A stretch of 37,363 nt of DNA. Origin: Bacteroidota bacterium (GTDB taxonomy: Bacteria; Bacteroidota; Bacteroidia; Flavobacteriales_D; Crocinitomicaceae). Below are positions 19,195 through 27,867 of the stretch, in pieces. Position 1 is the stretch's first letter. Every line of letters starts with the position of its first letter. A program made the position numbers and the translations under genes. Below the pieces are notes generated by a model. The model made no database searches. It was not told the origin of the DNA and saw only the letters and a list, made by a program, of their open reading frames with translations. Location: contig JBEDJV010000001.1 of assembly GCA_041172545.1 (NCBI GenBank), forward strand, positions 1 through 37,363, in the 5' to 3' direction.

Positions 19195-22100
19195 TCCTTT
19201 TAGTGTCGTTCCACCTTGCGGTGTAGTCGGATTTGTTGGATTCTGCTGTCCAGTTGATGGTTTATTCCCACCACCCGTAGTCGTTGTTCCGTTTGTAGAA
19301 GCCGGCGCGGGCTTTGCCGGCGCAGCGGTCGTTGTAGGTTTCGCGGGTGCTGGAGTGACCGTTGGTTTCGCTGGTGGCGGCGGCGGCGGTGGAGTTGCAC
19401 TAGGTTTTGCCGGAGCTGGAGGTGTTACTGCCGGTTTCGCGGGAGTTGGCGTAACCGTTGGTTTTACTGGAGCCGGAGCTGGTTTAGCTGGAATAGCCGG
19501 CGTTTGTCCATTGGTTTTGTTTTGACCTGGCTGATTCTGTTTCATCATTCCATCGGAATTGCCTGAGCCGCCATTTTGACTTCCATCATCAAAAGTAATC
19601 AGGTAGGATTTCGAATCAGAACCACATGAACTTGTTGCGGTTAAAACAACTTCGTTGCTTCCCGGTGATAGCGTCAAATTAGCACTGATGGCTCCATTCA
19701 TATTGCTGAAATTGGTCAAGTTATTTCCGTTAAACATCAACTGAATAACTGTACTTGGTGCATAGTTGGTCACCGTAGATATGTAATTGAGGTTCGTTGA
19801 ATTCGTGGTGCTTCCCGAACTTGGATCAGTAGTTACGTTGACTACTGGCGGAATACAACTTTGGTAACGAATCGTGCGCGATTGACTATCTGTACCACAT
19901 GCATTGGTTGCCGTTAAAACGATTTCGTTTACTCCTTCTGGCAAAGTTAATGTGGAAGTGAAATTAGTGTTGACTAAGTTGAAATTATTGACAGCACTTC
20001 CAGCAACTGTTAAGTTAATACCTTGATTATTAGGCATGTTTAAAATCGTAGCCTGAAAAGGGAAAATCGGACTATTTACCCCATAAAATAAATTCAATGG
20101 ATTTTGAATGCTCACAACGGGTGGTATGCATTGATCAAAGGTAATACTCGTTGTTTGACTATCCGTCCCACAACTATTTACCGCTGATAATACAATCTGA
20201 TTTAAGCCATTGGTTAAGGTTAATACGGCTGAAATCTGACCATTGGAGAAACTAGCATTCGGAATGATGTTGCCATTCAAAGTCAAGTTGATCCCTTGTC
20301 CATTTCCAATGTTTTGAACAGTTCCAGTGAAATTGTAACTCGCATTGGTAACCGTTGTGTTGGAAGTGATTGGATTGCTAATATTCACGACTGGAGCAAG
20401 ACATTCTTCAAATTTGATGTAAACCGTTTTCGTATCGGTGCCGCATGCATTGGTCACTGTTACTTTTATTTCATTGTTCCCGTTCGAAAGATTCACATTC
20501 GCTGAAATGTTTCCGTTTAACATGTTGAAATTCGATACGTTCGTTCCATTCACACTTAAACTAATTTGTGGAAGTGTTGCATTTTGAACATTCGCTGTAA
20601 ATGCATAATTGCTTGAACTCACCGTGATACTGTTGCTAGATGGATTACTGATGTTAACAACAGGTGGGACACATGGATTATACGCCACATTGACGGTTTT
20701 ACTTTCTGAACCACATGCACCGTTCGCGCTCAAGACAACGCTGTTGTTTCCTGTTGATAACGGAATAGTCGCGGAAACAAGTCCAGTAGTTGGATTGAAT
20801 TGAACGTTACTTACTGGTACACCATTCACCGTTAAACTCAAACCTTGTGCATTCGTCATGTTTTGTACGGACGCAGCGAAAGAAATGGAATTACTGGTTG
20901 CGGTGTAGTTAGTACCGCTTGGATTGTTTATCGTTACAACGGGTGCAACACACGGCTCGTAGCGAATCACACGGCTTTGCGCATCGTTTCCACAATTATT
21001 CGTTGCAGAAAGGGAAATGGTATTCATCCCGTTCGATAAAGTAATGCTCGCAGTTACTTGTCCATTCATGTAGTTATATGCACTAATTGGAGAGCCGTTT
21101 AAGGTCAACGAAATCCCTTGTACCGAACTCATGTTTGTTACATTCGCTGCAAAGGTGATGACTGGATTAGAAACACCATAATTGGTGTTTAATGGATTGG
21201 TAATGGTCACTTGAGGAGCAGTACAAGCTTGGTAATTGATGGTTGCCGTTTTAGAATCTATTCCACACGCATTCACTGCTGAAAGGACAAAAGTGTTTAT
21301 TCCGGCATTCAAGTTGACATTTGCGCTAATCACTCCGTTATTAAGGGTCGCATTTGAAACAGTTGTTCCATTTAATTGCAATGAAATCCCTTGTAAACTG
21401 GACATGTGTTGAACGTTTGCTTGGAATGTGTATGCAGCATTTGTGACTGAAAGATTGTTGCTCAGTGGATTCGATATTTGAACAATCGGAGCAGTACAAT
21501 TCAAGTAATTCAAGGTAAGTGATTTCATGTCCGTGCCACATGCGTTCGTAGCGTTTATGACAAACGTGTTCATACCGGAAGCAAGGTTAACCGATGCGGA
21601 TAGTTGTCCATTCGTGAACGTATAATTGGTAATGGATGAACCATTCAAACTCAACAAGAGACCCTGTGCGTTTGTGATGTTTTGAATAGCCGCAGTAAAC
21701 GTGTAGGCAGCTGTTGCAACCGTACCATTTGCATTTGCTGGACTCGAAATAGTTACGACTGGTGCAGTACAATTGGTGTAGAAAATTGTGATTGTTTTAA
21801 TATCTGTACCACAAGCATTTGTAGCTTTTAAAACGATTGTGTTTAATCCATTTTGAAGATTGAGATTTGCGACTACGGCTCCATTGTTGAAACTGAAATT
21901 TGAAAGGCTCGTTCCATTCAGACTAAGGAGAATTTCTTGGGCGCTTGTTATGTTCTGAAGGTTCGCTTGAAAAGCAAAACTTGCTGCATTCACAGAGGTT
22001 CCGCTGTTGCTTGGACTCGTTATAGCAATTGATGGTGCTGTACATGGTGTAAATTGAATGTTCCAATTGTGTTGATCGGTTCCGCAATTGTTGCTAACTG

Positions 22101-25100
22101 TTAAAACAAAGGAATTCACACCTGAAACAGGATTCACAGTTGCGCTGAATTGGCCATTCACTAAGCTAAACGGACGTTGGATACCATTTTGAGTAAAGAC
22201 GGTATTTTGAGTAGTTGCGTGAGCAATAGATGCAGTAATTGTTTGTGAAGCATTAGCAACAGAAACGACGGTGCTTGCATTGTTTGAGAAGTTTGAAATG
22301 GTAGGAGCGATACAATTATCGTAATTCACGGTAATCGTTTCCACATCAACACCACAGTCATTGCTGGCATTGAAGATAATGGTATTTAAACCTGGACTTA
22401 AAACGAGCGCTGCAGTTACCGCATCATTTCCGTTATTAAATGATGTAGAAACACCATTTAATTTTAAACTCATGTTTTGAGTCGTTGCTCCAAGTACGCT
22501 CGCGCTAAATGGGTAATTAGCATTGGTTACGGTCGTTCCCGATGCAATCGAGGAATTTAATTGAATGGTCGGTGGAATACATTGAACATAGTTTACCGTG
22601 AATGTTTCTGCATCGTTTCCACACGCATTGCTAACAGATAAAGTAATCGTGTTGATGCCATTCGTTAGGGTAATGTTTGCGTCAATGATGCCATTGGCAA
22701 AAGTGAAGGGGATTTGTTGTCCGTTTTTAACCAACTGGATGTTTTGTGATTGAGCAATATTGGTCGCACTTGCTTTGAATGCAAGCGTTCCAAGATTTGT
22801 TGTCCCGCCTGTTGTAGTAGGTTGAATCAGGGTGATTTGAGGTGCGATGCAGTTGTTGTAATTAACCGTGATTGTTTTGGAATCGCTTCCACAAGAAACA
22901 CTTGTTACTGTCACTACAAACGTGTTCATACCAGGAATTAGCGTGGTTACGGCATTGATAATTCCAGCGGCTTGATTAAACGCGATCGGAGAGCCATTTT
23001 GAGTCACCGTGATGGTTTGATTCGATGGATTGTTCGTCGTAGACGTACTGCCTACTGAGGTCGAAGAAAGCGTACTGGCAATTAAGTTATAAATGGAGGA
23101 ATTCACTGTTCCACCCGCTGAAAGAACGGTTACGTTCGGTGTAATTCCTGTACAATTGATGTAATTAAATTGAATCGTTTCGACATCTGAACCACAGTTA
23201 TTCGTTGCGGTAATCGTGATGCTGTTCGCACCATTCACTGGATTTAATCCCAATTCTAAAGCACCGGTTGTCGCATTAAACGTGAAGTTCGATTGCTCGA
23301 TTCCGTTCACAATCACTTTGATGTTTTGCTTCGTTGCAACGTTGCTGATGGTTGATTTCAATCGAATCGCATTCGCTGTTGCTGTAAGTGATTGATTTTG
23401 TAAGGGACTTTGAACTGAAATCGTTGGAGCAGTACAATTTTGATAATTGATGGTCGTAAGTTCCACATCGTTTCCACATCCATTGCTAACTTCTAGGTTG
23501 AAGGTATTTATTCCCGCAGTCAGTGTTGTTGGTATTTGGATTTGTCCATTCGCTTGAACCACCACATTCGGAATTTGAAGTCCGTTTTGGAATACCTTCA
23601 TCTGTACATTTGTCAAGCTACCTGTCAACGCTGCACTCATTGTGTAATTTGCTGAATTGGTTGTCGTTCCAGAAGCACTCGGATTTAATAACTGCAGACT
23701 TACAGGGACACAATTGTCGTAATTGATGGTTGCCGTATAGGTGTTCGTTCCGCAGTCATTTGTAACGGTTAGTTGAATGGTGTTCACACCTGGAACAAGC
23801 GTAATAGCACGTTGGATTAAGCCGTTTGCTTGATTGTATGTTGCGCCATTTAGCGCCATTCCATTCATCATCAATTTGATTCCGTTTGCATGAACGGTTC
23901 CGTGAATGACAGCACTAAAGGCAAAGTCGTTTGTTTTTACGGTGATGTTTCCTCCATTTGGATTCGTAAAAGTGGCGGTAGGAGTGACGCAATTAACGAG
24001 TGTTACCAGTACGTTCGCTGTTTCACTGCCACAATTATTGCTCGCTGTCAGGTAAAATCTATTTTGTCCTTCATGCAAAGAAACCATCGCATCCAGTGCA
24101 TTTGTGGAGGCATTGTAAGTATAAAGTACGGGTTGATTTTGGTCGTTCAATAATGTTATGCCATTCGAATTTAACACGTTACTCACTTTAAATTCAATGC
24201 GGTATTGACTATTTGTGACTGTTTTATTGTTTCCAGACATCAAGGTCAACACTGGCTTTGGACAATTACTAGCTGAAGTGTAATTGTTTACATTGCTGGA
24301 AGTATTTTGAGTGGAATTTCCGCCGCGAGATTTAAAGTTTATTCTCAGGTATGCGGAAGTGTAATGGTGCCAATCATTTTTCAGACGTGGCGAGGCAGAA
24401 ATGTAGCCATCAAAAGTATCTCCACGGGTAAATGTTGTTTTGTGTTCGATTCCTAAACTAGTTCTTTTCCCCACTTGATATCCTAGTCCAAAACCTAAAC
24501 TAGGCATCCATTTTACGTTATATTTATTATCAACTCCGCCGTCAAGTCGGGTTTCATAAAGTCCGTCTAACGTCGAAGGTAATTGTGGTCCGATTGGTCC
24601 GTTTTGCTGTAAAGAAGTGTAATCGTAAAGGGAACTAGAATCAATGGTACGTAATAAATCACCGTATGTTTGAGTCCAAGTAAAGCCAATTCCACCAAAA
24701 ATATAGGGATCAATTCCTGTTTTTTCTCGAACACCATTAAAATGTAAAACAAGTTCTAAGGCAAGTCGGCGAACATCTGTTTGGAAGTTGTTGACGTAGA
24801 TTGAATTGCTATCGATGTTGTAGCTATCTAAAGGTCCGCCTTGATAGTTTTTAAGAGAAAAGGCGCTGGTATCCTGTCCAACCCATGTTCCAGCAAGGTA
24901 GCGTCCACGCAAGTCGAAACTAATTTTTTTACCGTAGTTATAATTAAACGAGCGACCAAGAATGAGTCCATAACCGGAACTATTGACATTTTTCACATCT
25001 GTTGAATTCCAGGTAACACCTGCATTTAATCCAAAAAACCACTTAGAACTGATGTCGTAATTGATTCGTTGTGCGTGAGCAAATGTGATACTAAGTAAGA

Positions 25101-25128
25101 GTATGCTTAGAATGTACAATTTTTTCAT
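19183..25128 (-). CDS. Giant envelope protein: signal peptide + ~250-aa OM beta-barrel-like domain + 17 tandem ~92-aa Cys-containing Ig-like repeats + 134-aa Pro/Ala/Lys/Thr-rich tail
   Basis: ATG start and signal peptide ending FAHAQ. The N-terminal domain has alternating hydrophobic strands and ends YLRINF. 17 repeats each begin xC(x)(A/P)P and end N(x)CG(x)(D/E). There is no T9SS C-terminal domain. Own terminator. Confidence 0.85.
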   Translation of the reverse strand: MKKLYILSILLLSITFAHAQRINYDISSKWFFGLNAGVTWNSTDVKNVNSSGYGLILGRSFNYNYGKKISFDLRGRYLAGTWVGQDTSAFSLKNYQGGPLDSYNIDSNSIYVNNFQTDVRRLALELVLHFNGVREKTGIDPYIFGGIGFTWTQTYGDLLRTIDSSSLYDYTSLQQNGPIGPQLPSTLDGLYETRLDGGVDNKYNVKWMPSLGFGLGYQVGKRTSLGIEHKTTFTRGDTFDGYISASPRLKNDWHHYTSAYLRINFKSRGGNSTQNTSSNVNNYTSASNCPKPVLTLMSGNNKTVTNSQYRIEFKVSNVLNSNGITLLNDQNQPVLYTYNASTNALDAMVSLHEGQNRFYLTASNNCGSETANVLVTLVNCVTPTATFTNPNGGNITVKTNDFAFSAVIHGTVHANGIKLMMNGMALNGATYNQANGLIQRAITLVPGVNTIQLTVTNDCGTNTYTATINYDNCVPVSLQLLNPSASGTTTNSANYTMSAALTGSLTNVQMKVFQNGLQIPNVVVQANGQIQIPTTLTAGINTFNLEVSNGCGNDVELTTINYQNCTAPTISVQSPLQNQSLTATANAIRLKSTISNVATKQNIKVIVNGIEQSNFTFNATTGALELGLNPVNGANSITITATNNCGSDVETIQFNYINCTGITPNVTVLSAGGTVNSSIYNLIASTLSSTSVGSTSTTNNPSNQTITVTQNGSPIAFNQAAGIINAVTTLIPGMNTFVVTVTSVSCGSDSKTITVNYNNCIAPQITLIQPTTTGGTTNLGTLAFKASATNIAQSQNIQLVKNGQQIPFTFANGIIDANITLTNGINTITLSVSNACGNDAETFTVNYVQCIPPTIQLNSSIASGTTVTNANYPFSASVLGATTQNMSLKLNGVSTSFNNGNDAVTAALVLSPGLNTIIFNASNDCGVDVETITVNYDNCIAPTISNFSNNASTVVSVANASQTITASIAHATTQNTVFTQNGIQRPFSLVNGQFSATVNPVSGVNSFVLTVSNNCGTDQHNWNIQFTPCTAPSIAITSPSNSGTSVNAASFAFQANLQNITSAQEILLSLNGTSLSNFSFNNGAVVANLNLQNGLNTIVLKATNACGTDIKTITIFYTNCTAPVVTISSPANANGTVATAAYTFTAAIQNITNAQGLLLSLNGSSITNYTFTNGQLSASVNLASGMNTFVINATNACGTDMKSLTLNYLNCTAPIVQISNPLSNNLSVTNAAYTFQANVQHMSSLQGISLQLNGTTVSNATLNNGVISANVNLNAGINTFVLSAVNACGIDSKTATINYQACTAPQVTITNPLNTNYGVSNPVITFAANVTNMSSVQGISLTLNGSPISAYNYMNGQVTASITLSNGMNTISLSATNNCGNDAQSRVIRYEPCVAPVVTINNPSGTNYTATSNSISFAASVQNMTNAQGLSLTVNGVPVSNVQFNPTTGLVSATIPLSTGNNSVVLSANGACGSESKTVNVAYNPCVPPVVNISNPSSNSITVSSSNYAFTANVQNATLPQISLSVNGTNVSNFNMLNGNISANVNLSNGNNEIKVTVTNACGTDTKTVYIKFEECLAPVVNISNPITSNTTVTNASYNFTGTVQNIGNGQGINLTLNGNIIPNASFSNGQISAVLTLTNGLNQIVLSAVNSCGTDSQTTSITFDQCIPPVVSIQNPLNLFYGVNSPIFPFQATILNMPNNQGINLTVAGSAVNNFNLVNTNFTSTLTLPEGVNEIVLTATNACGTDSQSRTIRYQSCIPPVVNVTTDPSSGSTTNSTNLNYISTVTNYAPSTVIQLMFNGNNLTNFSNMNGAISANLTLSPGSNEVVLTATSSCGSDSKSYLITFDDGSQNGGSGNSDGMMKQNQPGQNKTNGQTPAIPAKPAPAPVKPTVTPTPAKPAVTPPAPAKPSATPPPPPPPAKPTVTPAPAKPTTTAAPAKPAPASTNGTTTTGGGNKPSTGQQNPTNPTTPQGGTTLKGGGK
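19297..19503 (-). repeat. Low-complexity PAKP/VTP proline-rich coding tract (locally GC-rich)
   Basis: Encodes PAIPAKPAPAPVKPTVTPTPAKPAVTPPAPAKPSATPPPPPPPAKPTVTPAPAKPTTTAAPAKPAPAS. It creates spurious ORFs at 19187-19525 (+) and 19200-19400 (-). Confidence 0.9.
19588..24267 (-). repeat. Array of 17 divergent tandem Ig-like domain repeats (protein residues 288-1847)
   Basis: Counted by eye from the recurring ..N.CG.D....I.Y..C..P... boundary. 1,560 aa / 17 = ~92 aa per unit. The copies are diverged, not identical at DNA level. Confidence 0.85.
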
Positions 25129-25195
25129 AATCGGAATTTTTAGGTGCTTTACCTATTTTCATGCCAAATTTCCGAAAAAATCAAGGAGAAAAAAA

Positions 25196-25217
25196 ATCAA
25201 CAGCTGAAGTTGTTGAT
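25196..25217 (-). terminator. Rho-independent terminator after the YD-repeat gene
   Basis: Stem atcaaca/tgttgat with an 8-nt loop, followed by a T-run on the minus strand (A-run at 25189-25196). Confidence 0.7.
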
Positions 25218-25227
25218 TTCGATAGGA

Positions 25228-26115
25228 CTATTTAAAGTACGTAAATTTTGTAAAGCGAAGGATGAGTAGGACGTTCGTAACGACATCACGCTGAATCGTT
25301 GACCCTAGTAATTGAGTTTTAGTGTCAAAAACAATTTGAAGGTCCTTCTGAAGTTGTCCGTATCGATAATAGAGCACCTCGATTAAATTCCCAAATGAAT
25401 CATAGCGGTATCTCCATTCCTGTTCTGCCAATTCATCGTGATCGTTATAATGTGCTTTTGAGGCCAAGAGTCCATGTTCGTCGTAGGAGTATTTTGTGGA
25501 ATGCTCAATGGAGCTCATGCGGTAATTCGTTTTCCGCTCAACGAGGTAGCCATCTTTGTTATAGAAACTCACTTCGTTCATGTACGGGAGTTTGTATGAA
25601 TTGTAACGCACTTGTTCATATTCATTCGGCCGCACGACATATTGAAAATACTCCGTGTTCACTAAATTGGATTGAATGACCTGATGATTCTCACTTGAAA
25701 CAATTTCGCGGTACGTACTTTCGGATAGTATTCTATTCAGTGAGTCGTAGATAAATTTACTCGTAGTAAATCCTCCGTTTTCCGTTTTCCGATGTTCAAC
25801 CAGTAAATTGTTCGCATCGTAACTATATTGATGGAGCGTCGTGTCTTTTTTTCGGTTGACGGTCCGGATATCGAGGCTTTCTAATAGTTGGCCTTTTTCA
25901 TCGAAACGGTAGCGAAACCAATCGGAGCTTTCCCGAATGACTTCTCCCGGTTTTTTCGTCGAGAAGTTTCCTTCTATGGATTTGATGTGATTTGAACGGA
26001 TCACATCCGAATTGAAAAAAGGAGTTTCTGTAAACGCTTCTCCTTCTTGATTGAGAAGAATTTGCGAATAACATAGAAATGGAAAAAAAACTAAAAATCC
26101 AAAAGCGAATTTCAC
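25228..26115 (-). CDS. Small secreted protein made of YD/RHS-like repeats
   Basis: 295 aa, signal peptide, and six Y.(Y/F)D..G.L-type units (YRFDEKGQLL, YSYDANNLLV, FIYDSLNRIL, FYNKDGYLV, YSYDEHGLLA, YRYDSFGNLI). Start codon is GTG, 7 nt after the glyQS stop. Confidence 0.6.
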   Translation of the reverse strand: MKFAFGFLVFFPFLCYSQILLNQEGEAFTETPFFNSDVIRSNHIKSIEGNFSTKKPGEVIRESSDWFRYRFDEKGQLLESLDIRTVNRKKDTTLHQYSYDANNLLVEHRKTENGGFTTSKFIYDSLNRILSESTYREIVSSENHQVIQSNLVNTEYFQYVVRPNEYEQVRYNSYKLPYMNEVSFYNKDGYLVERKTNYRMSSIEHSTKYSYDEHGLLASKAHYNDHDELAEQEWRYRYDSFGNLIEVLYYRYGQLQKDLQIVFDTKTQLLGSTIQRDVVTNVLLILRFTKFTYFK

Positions 26116-27357
26116 CTTTATTTTATAAGGTACTTAAAACACTTTTCCAACTAGCTTTTTCGGCTAAAAGTCCTTCAATATCTGAAATGCCAATACGAAT
26201 TTGTTCCATGGTGTCGCGATCTCGAACCGTGACCATGTTGTCTGTCAAGGTCTGATGGTCGATGGTGATGGAGAATGGTGTTCCTATAGCATCTTGTCTG
26301 CGGTAACGTTTTCCAATGGAATCTTTTTCATCATACTGGATGGAATAGTCAAATTGCAGTTGTTTCATGATTTCACGTGCTTTTTCTGGAAGCCCATCTT
26401 TTTTCACCAACGGCAAGACTGCTGCTTTGTAAGGAGCGAGAACTGCTGGAATTTTGAGTACAACACGTTCTGATCCATCTTCTAATTGCTCGTTTTGATA
26501 AGCAGCGCTAAGAACGGATAAAAACATGCGGTCGAGTCCAACGGATGTTTCCACCACATACGGTACGTAGCTTTGGTTTAATTCTGGGTCAAAGAACTGT
26601 AGTTTTTTACCAGAAAACTGTTCGTGTTGTTTTAAATCGAAATCTGTACGGGAGTGAATACCTTCTAATTCCTTGAATCCCATTGGGAAATTGTATTCGA
26701 TATCACACGCTGCATTTGCATAGTGTGCCAATTTGATGTGGTCGTGAAAGCGGTAAAGGTTTGCTCCAAGTCCAAGGTTTTTGTGCCATTTTTCGCGTGC
26801 ATCTTTCCAGTATGCATACCATTTCATTTCTTCGCCTGGACGAACAAAGAACTGCATTTCCATTTGTTCGAATTCGCGCATGCGGAAAATGAACTGACGT
26901 GCAACGATTTCGTTTCGGAACGCTTTTCCAATTTGGGCGATTCCAAAAGGAATTTTCATTCTACCCGATTTTTGAACGTTTAAGAAGTTTACAAAAATTC
27001 CTTGCGCCGTTTCTGGACGAAGGTAAATCGTTGATGCATCACCCGCAACAGAACCTAGTTCAGTGGAGAACATCAAATTAAATTGACGAACATCGGTCCA
27101 GTTTTTAGAACCGGAAACAGGACAAACGATTTCAAGATCGACGATTAGGTTGCGAACTGCTTCTAAATCATTGTTTTCCAATGCTTCACGCATGCGGCTT
27201 TCAATGGAAGTAATTTTTTCTGCGTTTCGAAGGACATTTGGATTCGTCGCACGGAATTGCGTTTCGTCAAAGTCAGCGCCAAAGCGGTTTTTTCCTTTTT
27301 CGACTTCCTTTTCTATTTTTTGACGGATTTTCTCCATGTGCTCTTCGAGCAACACAT

Positions 27358-27425
27358 CCGCGCGGTATCTTTTTTTGGAATCTTTATTGTCCCGCGCGGT
27401 ATCTTTTTTTGGAATCTTTATTGTC
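27358..27425. repeat. Perfect 2 x 34-bp direct tandem duplication
   Basis: 27358-27391 equals 27392-27425 (ccgcgcggtatctttttttggaatctttattgtc), 34/34 identical. It duplicates the [11 protein letters not shown] codons and shifts the frame by +1. Confidence 0.95.
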
Positions 27426-27585
27426 AATCAATGGATCATTAAAAGCATCTACGTGTCCGGATGCTTTCCAAGTAGTTGGGTGCATAAAAATGGATGCATC
27501 AATTCCAACGATGTTTTCGTGCATTTGCACCATTGCTTTCCACCAATATGTTTTGATGTTGTTTTTCAACTCTGAACCTAATTGT

Positions 27586-27723
27586 CCGTAGTCGTATGTG
27601 GCAGCTAGTCCGTCGTAAATTTCCGAAGAAGGAAAAATAAATCCGTATTCTTTTCCGTAGTCGTATGTGGCAGCTAGTCCGTCGTAAATTTCCGAAGAAG
27701 GAAAAATAAATCCGTATTCTTTT
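27586..27723. repeat. Perfect 2 x 69-bp direct tandem duplication
   Basis: 27586-27654 equals 27655-27723, 69/69 identical. It encodes [23 protein letters not shown] twice. Confidence 0.95.
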
Positions 27724-27771
27724 GAATGCGAGATAATGTCCTTTAGTTTGTCTTGATTTTGATCCATGCCA

Positions 27772-27779
27772 CAAAGTTA
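27772..27779 (-). promoter_or_regulatory. Bacteroidota-type -7 box (TAACTTTG) for glyQS
   Basis: The minus strand reads TAACTTTGtggcATG, which matches TAnnTTTG. The box ends 4 nt before the ATG, so the mRNA would be leaderless or nearly so. No clean TTTG -33 element (TTTA only). Confidence 0.35.
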
Positions 27780-27867
27780 GCCCTTCTATAGATTTGAGCG
27801 TTAAAATCTGAAAACAATTTCAACAAGTCATTTTTGAAAGAATGCTGCGATTGTTTACTTTTACTCC

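Larger units (their letters stand above)
26123..27767 (-). pseudogene. glyQS: Glycine--tRNA ligase (dimeric class II GlyRS) interrupted by a 34-bp frameshifting tandem duplication and carrying a 69-bp in-frame tandem duplication
   Basis: The ORFs at 27384-27767 (127 aa) and 26123-27427 (434 aa) together give a full GlyRS ([64 protein letters not shown]). 1,645 nt - 69 - 34 = 1,542 nt = 513 codons + stop. Confidence 0.9.

Noticed and set aside
19187-19525. 112-aa plus-strand ORF (Gly/Val/Ala-rich) and a 66-aa minus-strand ORF over the 3' end of the giant gene
   Set aside because: These are artefacts of the GC-rich Pro/Ala/Lys codon tract. The main frame is continuous with the 17-repeat protein and ends at a proper terminator.
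19588-24267. Regular ~276-bp periodicity, considered as a CRISPR or satellite array
   Set aside because: The periodicity is protein-domain repetition within one continuous ORF. The units are diverged at DNA level, and there is no repeat-spacer structure.
27238-27774. Plus-strand ORFs 27238-27591, 27257-27442 and 27336-27575, and the minus-strand alternative frame 27499-27774
   Set aside because: They overlap the GlyRS coding region. Some of their internal repeats simply mirror the 69-bp and 34-bp duplications. No independent coding signal.
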